Assembly (NCBI GenBank): GCA_964291295.2 | Contig: OZ219754.1 | Location: forward strand, 2,272,001 to 2,336,000 | Length of the DNA: 64,000 bases | Direction: 5' to 3' | From: an uncultured Candidatus Binatia bacterium | Lineage (GTDB): Bacteria > Desulfobacterota > Binatia > UBA9968 > JAJDTQ01 | Part shown: piece by piece, positions 50,492 to 59,589 of the stretch | Numbering within the stretch: position 1 is the first letter of the stretch | Layout of the letters: each line of letters begins with the position of its first letter | Notes under the pieces: model-generated | Databases searched by the model: none | The model's input: the letters and a program-made list of their open reading frames with translations, nothing else | What the model was told of the DNA's origin: nothing | Program-made: the position numbers and the translations under genes

Positions 50492-51622
50492 TCAGGCGGC
50501 GCCGTCCGCCGAAAGAACCCGGCAGTTGAAGGACTTCACCGCCGTCTTCGGCTTGGGCAGGGCGACGGTGAAATTCGCGGAGCCGTTGGCGGGAATGCCA
50601 TAGGAGTTGACGGGCTCGAGACTCTGGAGCAGCGAAATCTCCCGCAGCGACATGTCTTGCAGTATCTTGGCCGAAATGGCGTTACCCACGAACGCGGTCT
50701 GCCGGCCCACCTGCTTCCCCTCGGCGTCGAAAAGTTGAACCTCGATCCGCACCTTGCGGATACTCCTGTCACCGCGGTTGACCAGCGTCCCCGAGACTGC
50801 GAAGACCTCCTTCCGGTTCTGCACCGGCTGTACGCCCGACGCCAGCCCTTCGAGCACCAGGGTGCTCTTGAAGTGCCGGTTCTCGAACACGGCGGTGCCG
50901 TACCACGGTATCCCTCCCAGCATGGAATCCAGCGGTTTCGGGTTGACCTGATAGATCAGCGCGATCAGAACGAAGGCGATCACGGAGAGAACCGCCAGGC
51001 TCGCCAAGGGTACGACGGAGCCTCTGGTTTCGACCGGGGCCGGGGCGGGCGTGGGCCGGGTCGGAAACAGGAAATCGTCGTCGATCTCGAAGTCCGGCTT
51101 CCGCGCACCGCCTGCGGAAACGTTGTCGTCCCCGGTGGTGGTCGCCGGATCGAAGTCCGGGTCGGCAGGTTCCACTTCCTCGAAAGCGTTTTCGGTCGCC
51201 TCGGTGTCGGGGAGAGAAGCGGCTGCCGGCGGTCGGCTCTCCGGGTGAGTCGGTGGTTGCGGCGGTGCCGGGGTGTCCCGCGCCGTTTCGGGGTCCGGTT
51301 CGGCCGCGTCGGGGTCCGGTTCGGCGGCGTCCCTGCCGGCGGTGTCCGCGGTGTCGCGGTCGGCAGTGTCCGCGCCGCTCCGGTCGTCGTCATGCACGTG
51401 GCCGCGGGTGTCGCGTTCTCCTCCGGCTGCGGGTGCGACGGGCGGTTGGCCGCGGCCGGGCGCCGCCTCCGTCGCCGGCGATCCCTCTTCGTGTATCCGC
51501 AGGCGCAGGTGGATGGTGAAGACGTGCTTGCAGCGGGAGCAACGGAAGGTGGGCCTGGGCGCGTCGAGGACGCTGCCGTTCACCCGGTAGGTGGTGGAAC
51601 AGTTTGGACAGCGAATGATCAT
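50492..51622 (-). CDS. MJ0042-type zinc-ribbon, low-complexity linker, TM and DUF3426-like domain protein
   Basis: MIIRCPNC.TTYRV...FRCSRCKHVF, Pro/Asp-rich linker, single TM, C-terminal VSGTLVN...V.LFDAEG. Confidence 0.8.
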   Translation of the reverse strand: MIIRCPNCSTTYRVNGSVLDAPRPTFRCSRCKHVFTIHLRLRIHEEGSPATEAAPGRGQPPVAPAAGGERDTRGHVHDDDRSGADTADRDTADTAGRDAAEPDPDAAEPDPETARDTPAPPQPPTHPESRPPAAASLPDTEATENAFEEVEPADPDFDPATTTGDDNVSAGGARKPDFEIDDDFLFPTRPTPAPAPVETRGSVVPLASLAVLSVIAFVLIALIYQVNPKPLDSMLGGIPWYGTAVFENRHFKSTLVLEGLASGVQPVQNRKEVFAVSGTLVNRGDRSIRKVRIEVQLFDAEGKQVGRQTAFVGNAISAKILQDMSLREISLLQSLEPVNSYGIPANGSANFTVALPKPKTAVKSFNCRVLSADGAA

Positions 51623-51686
51623 GGTGTCTGGAACTCGCAAGGTGCGGGTCCGGCCCGCGATGGCCGGACGTCGAAACACCCCCTCG

Positions 51687-52679
51687 TCAGATGGAGAAGT
51701 CGAGATCGCCCACGTCCAGCCGCTCCTTTCGGGTGGTCCAGAGCGTGGTGGTCATGTAACGGCTGCCGAAGTCGGGGAATACCGTGACCACGGTGCCGTG
51801 CGACAGCCGGCGGCCAAGGCGCAACGCCCCTTCCATGGCGGCCCCGGCCGACGGACCCACCAGCAGCCCCTCTTCCCGGCTCAGCCGGTAGACCATCTCG
51901 TAGGCGTCGTCGGTGGACACGGGGAGTTTCAGGTCGAGTTCCTCCTCGTGGTAGATGCCGGGCACGATGGAACTGGCCATGTGTTTCAACCCCTCCAGTC
52001 CGTGCAGTGCCGCGTCGGGTTCCACGGCGATGATCCGGATTCGCCGGTTCCGTTCCTTCAGGAAACGTCCGGTCCCCATGAGGGTTCCGCCGGTTCCGAT
52101 CCCGGCGACGAAATGGGTGATGCGCCCGCCCGTCTGGCGATAGACTTCCGGGCCGGTGGTGTCGTAGTGGGCTTGGCTGTTCATGGGATTGAAGTACTGG
52201 TCCGGCTTGAAGTACCGGGCCGGATCGTCGGCGACCACCTCGCGGCAGAGTCGGATGGCCCCGTCGGAGCCTTCCATGGGATCGCTGTACACGATGTCCG
52301 CGCCAAAGAACCGGATGATGCCCTTGCGCTCCGCGCTGACGTTGGACGGCATCACCAGGCGCACCCGGTAGCCCAGTGCCGCGCCGATCATGGCGATGGC
52401 GATGCCGGTGTTTCCCGAGGTGGAGTCGATGAGGGTCTGATGCGGCTGGAGCCGGCCCGAGCGGACCGCCTCCCGGATCATTCCGAGCGCGGGCCGGTCC
52501 TTTACCGATCCGCCCGGATTGAACCCCTCCAGCTTGGCCAGGATGCGCACTCCCCGGGACAGGCCGCGGGTGATGTTCCTGATCTCGACGAGCGGCGTGT
52601 TGCCGACAAGCCCGGTGACGGCGTCGACCTTGGCGGGAACCCGGGCCGGCGGTGCGGGTTGCGTCATGGCGGCGAGCAT
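51687..52679 (-). CDS. PLP-dependent cysteine synthase family protein (CysK/CysM-like)
   Basis: VGNTPLV, KLEGFNPGGSVKDR, STSGNTG, GIGTGGT, FPD.G.RY. Confidence 0.92.
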   Translation of the reverse strand: MLAAMTQPAPPARVPAKVDAVTGLVGNTPLVEIRNITRGLSRGVRILAKLEGFNPGGSVKDRPALGMIREAVRSGRLQPHQTLIDSTSGNTGIAIAMIGAALGYRVRLVMPSNVSAERKGIIRFFGADIVYSDPMEGSDGAIRLCREVVADDPARYFKPDQYFNPMNSQAHYDTTGPEVYRQTGGRITHFVAGIGTGGTLMGTGRFLKERNRRIRIIAVEPDAALHGLEGLKHMASSIVPGIYHEEELDLKLPVSTDDAYEMVYRLSREEGLLVGPSAGAAMEGALRLGRRLSHGTVVTVFPDFGSRYMTTTLWTTRKERLDVGDLDFSI

Positions 52680-52704
52680 GGACGTACGGGTAGCGGCGCG
52701 GCGG

Positions 52705-52983
52705 TTACACGCCGCCGGCGATGGCCGGCACGATGGAGATGCTGTCGCCGTCCTTCAATGCGGTGTCCACGTTCTTCAGGAAGCGGATGTCGTCGCCGTT
52801 GACATAGACGTTCACGAACCGGCGCACCTTGCCGGACTCGTCCATGATGCGCTCCCTGATTCCCGGATGCTTTCGTTCGAGATCCTCGAGCATGGCCAGC
52901 ACGGTGTCGCCGCTGGCATCCACCTCGTCCGATCCCTGGGTGAATTTTCTCAAAGGCGTCGGCACGCGTACACGAATACTCAT
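52705..52983 (-). CDS. Ubiquitin-like sulfur carrier protein (MoaD/ThiS/CysO family), C-terminus GG-V
   Basis: RFVNVYVNGDDIRFL....T.LKDGD.ISIVPAIAGGV*. Confidence 0.92.
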   Translation of the reverse strand: MSIRVRVPTPLRKFTQGSDEVDASGDTVLAMLEDLERKHPGIRERIMDESGKVRRFVNVYVNGDDIRFLKNVDTALKDGDSISIVPAIAGGV

Positions 52984-53020
52984 GAAAGCCCTCCTTCCTT
53001 GACAGGATAGACCCTGTCTG

Positions 53021-53065
53021 CGGCCTTATCAAACATGGCTTTACCAAACACGGCCTTGTCAAACA
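53021..53065. repeat. Three imperfect 15-bp direct repeats between thrC2 and the sulfur carrier gene
   Basis: cggccttatcaaaca / tggctttaccaaaca / cggccttgtcaaaca. Confidence 0.65.
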
Positions 53066-53124
53066 CCGCCGGCGCCATGCCGGCATTTCCGGGCCGGTCG
53101 GCGTCCCTCCCGGTCGGCCGCGGC

Positions 53125-54390
53125 TCAGCCCGCCCTGGCCTCTTGCCGCGGCTCCCGCGACAGCGCCTCGTACAGCTCGTCGAAGGTGCCGAGGGTGGCG
53201 TCGATGCCGTAGGGGCGATCGATGACCGGGGCCACCGTCTCCACGGTCTTGTAGCCGTTTCCCGTGATGGAGATGACGATGGATTCGTCCCGGGGAATGC
53301 GGCCCTGATCGATCAGCTTCTTCGTCACCGCAACTTCCGTGCCGCCGGCCGGTTCGGTGAAGATCCCCTCGGTGGAGGCCAGGAGCTTGATGCCCGCGAG
53401 GATCTCCTCGTCGGTGGCGCTTTCTCCCCAACCGCCGGATTCCCTGACGGTTCGAATCACGTAGTAGCCGTCGGCCGGGTTGCCGATGGCAATGGAGGTG
53501 GCGATGGTTTCGGGTCTTACCGGATCGACCACATCCCGGCCCTTTTTCAGGGCGTGGATGATCGGGGCGCAGCCCGCGGCCTGGGCCGAATAGATGCGGC
53601 ACGGCTCCTCCGGGTCCACCAGCCCTGTCGTCCGAAGCTCCTGGAACGCCTTGCCCAGCTTGGGCAGAATGGTCCCGCCGGCCGTGCCCACCACGATGTG
53701 GCGGGGCAGCTTCCAACCGAGTTGCTCGGCGACCTCGAAGGCGTGGGTCTTGGCGCCCTCGGAGTAGTAGGGCCTCAGGTTCACGTTGACGAACGCCCAC
53801 GGGTACTTGTCGCCGATTTCGCTGCACAGGCGGTTGACGTCGTCGTAGGTTCCCTTGATGGCGATGGTGCGCGGACCGTAGATCGCCGAACCCACGATCT
53901 TGGCTTCTTCCAGCCCTTCGGGAATGAAGACATAGCAGTCGAGCCCGGCTCTGGCGGCGTGGGCCGCCACCGAGTTGGCGAGATTGCCGGTAGAGGCGCA
54001 CGAGACGGTTTCGTAACCGAACTCCACGGCCTTGGAGATGGCCACCGACACGACCCGGTCCTTGTAGGAGAAGGTCGGGTGGTTTACCGAGTCGTCCTTG
54101 ATGTAGAGCTGGTCCACGCCCAGCGCCTCGCCGAGGCGGCGCGCCCGAATCAGCGGCGTGAAGCCCGAGTAGAGGCCGACGGCGGGCTCCTTTTCGATGG
54201 GCAGCAACTCCCGGTACCGCCACAGGTTGCGCGGGCGGGAGGCGATCGTCTCCCGGCTCACGTTTTCGCGGATGCCGTCGTAGTCGTATTGGACCTCAAG
54301 AGGTCCGAAACAGTCCTCGCACACGTGCAGGGGGGCCGTGGGGTAGTTCCGGTGGCACTCCCGGCATTTCAATCCTTGAACGAAGCTCAT
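53125..54390 (-). CDS. Threonine synthase-like PLP enzyme (second paralog, sulfur-carrier associated)
   Basis: N-terminal CREC..CEDC, NHPTFSYKDR, CASTGNLA, NLRPYYSEGAKT, SIAIGNPADG, TGNGYK; ATGA overlap with the moeB stop. Confidence 0.9.
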   Translation of the reverse strand: MSFVQGLKCRECHRNYPTAPLHVCEDCFGPLEVQYDYDGIRENVSRETIASRPRNLWRYRELLPIEKEPAVGLYSGFTPLIRARRLGEALGVDQLYIKDDSVNHPTFSYKDRVVSVAISKAVEFGYETVSCASTGNLANSVAAHAARAGLDCYVFIPEGLEEAKIVGSAIYGPRTIAIKGTYDDVNRLCSEIGDKYPWAFVNVNLRPYYSEGAKTHAFEVAEQLGWKLPRHIVVGTAGGTILPKLGKAFQELRTTGLVDPEEPCRIYSAQAAGCAPIIHALKKGRDVVDPVRPETIATSIAIGNPADGYYVIRTVRESGGWGESATDEEILAGIKLLASTEGIFTEPAGGTEVAVTKKLIDQGRIPRDESIVISITGNGYKTVETVAPVIDRPYGIDATLGTFDELYEALSREPRQEARAG

Positions 54391-55175
54391 GCATGACTCC
54401 TTTGGGCCAGCGGCGCGTCGCGGGATGCGCCGCACGCCTTGCAGCGGGGGTTGGGCGGCACCGGCACGCTGCGGGTTTCCATGGTTCTGGCGTCGTAGGT
54501 GAGCAGGCGGTTCACCAGCAGGTACGCTTCGAGGCCGACGATGTACTTGATGGCTTCGGTGGCCTGGATGGCGCCGATGGTGCCCGCCACCGCGCCCAGG
54601 ATGCCCGCCTGCTGGCACCCGGGCACCTCGCCCGGTGCCGGCGGCGCGTCGAACAGGCAGCGGTAGCAGGCGCTGTCGGGAGGCACCACCGTCAGGGTCT
54701 GGCCCTGAAGGCGCACGATCCCTGCGTGGGAGAACGGCCGGCCAAGGGAAACGGCCACATCGTTCACCAGAAACTTGGTGTCGAAGTTGTCGCTGCCGTC
54801 AATGACGAAATCGTAGGGTTCCATGAGTTCCGCGGCGTTCTCTTCGGTCAGGCGCGCGTGGTGGATATTTATCTCCACCTCCGGGTTGAGCTCCACCAGC
54901 CGGGACCGGGCCGATTCCACCTTGGGCCGGCCGCGGTCCGCGGTGGTGTGGAGGATCTGCCGCTGGAGGTTGGAAAGCTCCACCGTGTCGCCGTCCACGA
55001 TGCCCAGGCACCCCAAGCCCGCGGCCGCGAGATAGAACGCCGCCGGACTCCCCAGGCCGCCCGCTCCCACCACCAGGACGCTCGCCTGCCGCAGCCGGAT
55101 CTGACCTGCCCCGCCGACGTCGGGAATCATGATCTGGCGGCTGTACCGCTCTATCTGAACCGGGGTCAGACGCAT
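54387..55175 (-). CDS. moeB: ThiF/MoeB/HesA-family adenylyltransferase
   Basis: ERYSRQI, VGAGGLGS, DGDTVELSNLQRQI, DGSDNF, CYRC, C..C at the C-terminus. Confidence 0.92.
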   Translation of the reverse strand: MRLTPVQIERYSRQIMIPDVGGAGQIRLRQASVLVVGAGGLGSPAAFYLAAAGLGCLGIVDGDTVELSNLQRQILHTTADRGRPKVESARSRLVELNPEVEINIHHARLTEENAAELMEPYDFVIDGSDNFDTKFLVNDVAVSLGRPFSHAGIVRLQGQTLTVVPPDSACYRCLFDAPPAPGEVPGCQQAGILGAVAGTIGAIQATEAIKYIVGLEAYLLVNRLLTYDARTMETRSVPVPPNPRCKACGASRDAPLAQRSHA

Positions 55176-55260
55176 GGACCGCAGGCTCCAGGAGCAGAGT
55201 CCGGAAGAAAGCCCGGAAGATAGTCCGGACGGCAATTCAAGCCAAAGTCCAAGTGAAAAT

Positions 55261-55538
55261 CCAAAAGCAAAGGCCAAAAGCAAAGGCCAGAAGCAAAGGC
55301 CAGAAGCAAAGGCCAGAAGCAAAGGCCAGAAGCAAAGGCCAGAAGCAAAGGCCAGAAGCAAAGGCCAGAAGCAAAGGCCAAAAGCAAAGGCCAGAAGCAA
55401 AGGCCAGAAGCAAAGGCCAGAAGCAAAGGCCAGAAGCAAAGGCCAGAAGCAAAGGCCAGAAGCAAAGGCCAAAAGCAAAGGCCAGAAGCAAAGGCCAAAA
55501 GCAAAGGCCAGAAGCAAAGGCCAAAAGCAAAGGCCAGA
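55261..55538. repeat. 13-bp tandem repeat (CCARAAGCAAAGG)x21 plus partial, flanked by degenerate 12-mers
   Basis: Units start every 13 bp from 55261 to 55521; A variant in units 1, 2, 10, 17, 19 and 21, G in the rest. Confidence 0.96.
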
Positions 55539-55584
55539 CAACGATCCGGACGAAGATCCAGACCAAAGTCCGGACATGCGGACG

Positions 55585-55618
55585 AAAAAAAACCTCTTCC
55601 AAGATGAGAAGAGGTTTT
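55585..55618 (-). terminator. Intrinsic terminator of the SAM riboswitch expression platform
   Basis: Minus strand aaaacctcttc-tcatcttg-gaagaggtttttttt. Confidence 0.88.
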
Positions 55619-55623
55619 CTCCT

Positions 55624-55728
55624 CACCTTATCTGTCCCTTGCGGGCCGGAATTAGCACCTGCGCTCCCGGGAGAACGCGGTTGCTGTGGCTTCTGCGGGC
55701 CTGTCCCTCCACCACTCTGGATAAGGTG
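55624..55728 (-). ncRNA. SAM-I (S-box) riboswitch
   Basis: Minus strand caccttatccagagtggtggagggacaggcccgcagaagccacagcaacc...ggtgctaattcc...agataaggtg matches the S-box consensus; P1 is caccttatc/gataaggtg; upstream of sulfur genes. Confidence 0.93.
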
Positions 55729-56162
55729 TCCAGTTCGTTCAAGCTGATACTACACGGTTTGCCGCGGTTGTGCAATCACCAGTCTTGTCCGCGGCCACGC
55801 GAATGGGCCGGCGGGGGGTGCCGGCGAGGACGCTGGAACTCCGGGCTCCGGTGGGTCGAGGCTCCGCGGTGCCGGCGGGCCGGAGTACGCTCCATTCCCG
55901 CCATCTGGAAGGGACTTGTATCGAAAAGTGCCATCAGGCAGCTTCTCGACTGATTTCACGGATCACTGCGAGGTCCGGCGGTGCCGGGCCTCCCTCACCA
56001 TGTCTCCGCAGCGGACAATGCACGAAGCCGCGTGCGCCGGCAGCGTCATTCACTCGGTCTGCGCCGTCGGAGGGCACGGACGCCACACCGGCAAGAGCGC
56101 GGGCATGAGTTGGTCCGCAGCATCCTTTACGGAAAGCGTAAGATGCGTCATGATCGGCGCGC

Positions 56163-56441
56163 ATGATTCGGAGCTTGAAGGGTCGGGAGACGCGGCACTT
56201 CTTCGAGGGGCGACGCATCGCGGCGTTTCAAGGCTTCGCCAATCAGGCGGGGTGTCGACTGATCCTGCTGGACCGCGCAGAGACGCTCGGAGACCGTGCC
56301 GCATTGCCGAACAACCAGCTGGAGGCGCTGCCGGGCCACCATGCCGGGCAGCACAGCATTCGGTTCAACGCGCAAGGGCGCGTCTGCTTCCACTGGACCG
56401 ACGACGGGCCATGCGAGGTCGAGATGGTGGACTATCACTGA
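56163..56441 (+). CDS. higB: HigB/RelE-family toxin (possibly degenerate)
   Basis: MIRSLKGRET..FF.G...LEAL.G..AGQHSIRFN.Q.RVCF.W....EVEMVDYH. Confidence 0.82.
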   Translation: MIRSLKGRETRHFFEGRRIAAFQGFANQAGCRLILLDRAETLGDRAALPNNQLEALPGHHAGQHSIRFNAQGRVCFHWTDDGPCEVEMVDYH

Positions 56442-56452
56442 GGGGGCCGCAC

Positions 56453-56785
56453 ATGAACACGAGGAACGGCATGACGCCGGTACATCCCGGCGAAATGCTA
56501 CGCGACGAAATCGAAGCGCTCGGCCTGTCGGCCAATGCGCTGTCGAAGGCGCTGGGCGTACCGGTGAACCGGGTGACGATGATCCTGAACGGTCAGCGGG
56601 GGGTGAGCGCGGACACGGCGCTGCGGCTCGCGCGGTACTTCGGGACGACACCGCAACTCTGGATGAACTTGCAGAAGACCTGGGAGCTTCGCCAAGCGGA
56701 GACCGCGGTGGGCCGCGAGGTCGCGCAAAGCGTGACGCCGCGGGAGGTGGCGACAACAAGTGCGGCCGCCGATGCCCATTCCTGA
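56453..56785 (+). CDS. higA: HigA-family addiction module antitoxin
   Basis: PVHPGEML.DE...LSANALSKALGVP.NRVT.ILNGQRGVSADTALRLARYFGTTPQLWMNLQ. Confidence 0.92.
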   Translation: MNTRNGMTPVHPGEMLRDEIEALGLSANALSKALGVPVNRVTMILNGQRGVSADTALRLARYFGTTPQLWMNLQKTWELRQAETAVGREVAQSVTPREVATTSAAADAHS

Positions 56786-56905
56786 TTTCCAGTCGTCGAT
56801 GCTCCCCGCTCTCAAGGCGTTCGCCGGCGGTGGGGAGCCGTCACTTTCCGAAGTCCGCGAGCGTATCGCCGCCGCCGAGGGACTCTCGGCGGAAGAGCGA
56901 ACCGC
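56772..56905 (+). pseudogene. Mrr restriction endonuclease N-terminal fragment
   Basis: MPIPDFQSSMLPALKAFAGG.E.SLSEVRERIA...GLSAEER, then similarity is lost. Confidence 0.75.
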
Positions 56906-57048
56906 CGGTGATCTGCACGCCGAACGAACTGATGGAGACAAACCATGGGAAAGACCCCGACTGATCCGATCCTTTCCGAAGTGTGGGCGATACGGGGTGC
57001 GCATGCGGCCCGCTTCGACCATGACATTCGGGAAGAGGAGGACCGATC

Positions 57049-57125
57049 ATGGCAAGGAAGCGCTACAAGCCGGGGAGATCGTGAGCCTGTTGCGGCGGCC
57101 GAGGTTCTGCACGGCCGGGGCCTGC
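57049..57125 (+). pseudogene. IS3-family OrfA 5' fragment (frameshifted)
   Basis: gaggagg RBS, then MARKRYKP / EIVSLLR / AEVLHG across frames. Confidence 0.65.
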
Positions 57126-57275
57126 CGGGTGCTGGGCAGCACGGCTCGACCCAACGCCGCATCCCGCGCGGTCGTGACCACAAGGACCGCCTGGTTGCGG
57201 ACGAGTATCTTGCCCTTGACCGGGCGGGCCTTGCGGCGGCGCAGGCGGTTGGGGCGATAATCGAGGTGAAATGCG

Positions 57276-57593
57276 ATGACCCGGCAGTACAAGAGTGAAG
57301 CGCTGGCGGCCGCGCACGAGGCGGTGCTCGGACTGGCCGAGGTCGGCCTGATGTCGAAGCGGACGATGCGGGCGTTTGACGAGATGTGCCTGACGCCGGT
57401 CGAGGAGATGGCGCCGGAAGACATCCGCGCGCTCCGGCTGCGCGAGAACGCGGGCCAAGCGGTGTTCGCCCGCTACCTCAATGTAACGACCGGTCTGGTG
57501 AGCCAGTGGGAGCGCGGCGAAAAGCGGCCGCGGGGAGCCTCGCTGAAGCTGCTGACGCTGGTGGCGAAGAACGGCCTCGGTACGGTTGCGTGA
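57276..57593 (+). CDS. XRE/HTH antitoxin-like transcriptional regulator (only the tail of the cognate toxin remains upstream)
   Basis: YKSEALAA.HE....L...G...K.TMR.FDE.CL...IRALR.RE...QAVFARYLNV....VSQWERGEKRP.G.SLKLL. Confidence 0.88.
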   Translation: MTRQYKSEALAAAHEAVLGLAEVGLMSKRTMRAFDEMCLTPVEEMAPEDIRALRLRENAGQAVFARYLNVTTGLVSQWERGEKRPRGASLKLLTLVAKNGLGTVA

Positions 57594-57659
57594 AAACACG
57601 CACCAATCGCGCCTCCGTTCTGCGCGCCAAGGGCACGCTCAGATTCGAGTTCGCGCACC

Positions 57660-57782
57660 ATGGGCGCTGAATCTTCAATCGAGTGGACCGACGCAACCTG
57701 GAATCCGGTGACGGGCTGCACGAAGATCACCCGTGGCTGCGACCCCTGCTACGCGGAACGCTTCGCTGAACACGTGCTCTGA
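57660..57782 (+). pseudogene. DUF5131 (phage Gp37/Gp68) N-terminal fragment
   Basis: [40 protein letters not shown]. Confidence 0.85.
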
Positions 57783-57849
57783 CTGCTGCGTGTCCCGGCG
57801 GTCGTGTGGTGCCTGTCTTCCGTTGTCTCAACTCGATCTGCCATCCTCG

Positions 57850-59174
57850 TCAAACAAGAAGGCTGTCACTGTCCGGTATGTCGTACAGTCCTTCCAGGAT
57901 GATGATGCCTCCGTTCAGCGGCGTCAGATCAATGGTTACATCTCCTCTACTGCTCACTGTCATGCGGATGTCGTCAAGGTTGTCCAGGTCAAAGGCGGTC
58001 AGATCAATCTGGTCGTCCCCTTTGCCGAAATCGACTATGTGAGTGGTCCCAACACGAGAGGGGGCGAAAACAAAAATATCACTGCCACCCTCACCCCAAC
58101 AATCATCATCGCCGCCACCATCAATCCTGTCAGCACCATGGAAGCCCATCAAGGTATTATTTCCCGAGTCACCGATCAATACGTCATCATATTTGGAACC
58201 GTAGAGAGACTTGATACGGATCAGCGTATCGCCCTCGGCGTCCCCACCCCGAGCCTCGCCGGTCTGCAAATTTATCGTAACGGCCGCTGTCGAATGGGTA
58301 TAATCCGCAAGATCATGGCCAGCGCCTCCGTTCAGCGTATCATTACCGGCGTCGCATGCAAGTATGTCATTGCCAGCGCCACCATTGAGCGTGTCATCGC
58401 CGAGGCAAGCAAGAATCGTATCGTCGCCATCGCCACCGTTGAGTTCGTCATCCCCGACATCGCCCCAAAACACGCCATCGCCGTCACCGCCATGGAATAC
58501 ATCATCGCCATCGCCGCCATGGATCCTGTCGTTACCCTTGCCGCCGTGAAGCACATCATCGCCGCCATCGCCCGAAAACCAGTCATCGCCCGCGCCGCCC
58601 CACAGCGTGTCGGCACCGTCATCACCCCGCAGCGTATCATTACCCTTGCACCCCGCAGCGTGTCGTCGCCGTCGCCGCCATCCATGGTGACGCTGGCCGT
58701 CAGGATGAAGTCGTCTGCGCTGAGGGAAACCGCCGAAACATCCAACGGGGTGATCGTGTCGTCGTCGTCTCCATAAACGATGACGGCATCGGCGCCGTCC
58801 TGCTCGATGCGCAGCGCCGCGAAACCGCCGGAGAGGCCGTCGAGGCGGATCCTGTCCCCCGCCTCGAAGTCGGTGATCGTGTCGGCACCGTCGCCAACCT
58901 CAAACGCGAAGACATCCGCCCCCAAGCCACCGTAGAGGGTGTCGTTACCCCTGCCGTCCCTCAGTATGTCGGCGCCCTGGCCGCCGAACAGGGTGTCCGC
59001 ACCCGAACCGCCCTCGACCGTGTCGTCCCCGTTGCCGCCATAGAGGGTGTCGTCGCCGCCGCCGCCCGTCAGGGTGTCATGGCCGCCGCCGCCGTCCAGG
59101 GTATCGTTGCCACGGCTGCCGGTCAGCGTGTCGTCTCCGTCGCCGCCGGTCCTTGAAACAGCTTGCGCCATCAT
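57850..59174 (-). pseudogene. RTX/hemolysin-type Ca-binding repeat protein with a 1-bp frameshift near 58649
   Basis: Numerous GGxGxDxLx nonamers; aaggagg RBS before the ATG at 59174; ctg cgg ggt gc aag ggt aat lacks one base relative to neighbouring repeats. Confidence 0.85.
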
Positions 59175-59589
59175 GATCCTCCTTGAATGGTGTGCCAAAA
59201 GCCTGGGAGGCTGCGCCGCAGAAAAGGCGGCAGTGATAGTGGATCTCGGAGGGACCGGACGGCTGAATCAAGGAAGTGCTGGGGTTCCGGCGATTCAGCC
59301 TGCGCGGGTTGGAGAAGGTGCGAGGCGAGTGTCACTTGCTGTGCCTGGCGCTGAACCTCAAGCGCATGGGGGAACGGGTGCCGTGTTGAACCCGTTGCGG
59401 ACCTGCACCTTTGGCATGAGAGCCATTGCCGCTCACGCTAATCGTCAGCCAACGAACCGCCGTGTTGTCGGGGCTGACGCGGCGACCTCTCCCAAGCTCC
59501 CACTTTCCCTCTTTCATCCCTGCCCAACCCGGCCATCAGAAACCCACACCCCCTTGCCCAACACCGCAACTCCTGCGGTGCAGAGCCGC

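Noticed and set aside
55261-55538. CRISPR array
   Set aside because: Units abut with no unique spacers, are only 13 bp, and there are no cas genes in the window.
55174-55953. Lys/Arg-rich repeat protein (KARSKGQKQRPEA)n
   Set aside because: Translation of the 13-mer array antisense to the riboswitch leader; no independent coding evidence.
55750-55959. Small ORF MKSVEKLPDGTFRYK upstream of the riboswitch
   Set aside because: No recognisable family and no clear RBS; it overlaps the likely promoter region.
57733-58776. 347-aa plus-strand Ile/Ala-rich ORF
   Set aside because: Antisense reading of RTX GGxGxD repeats.
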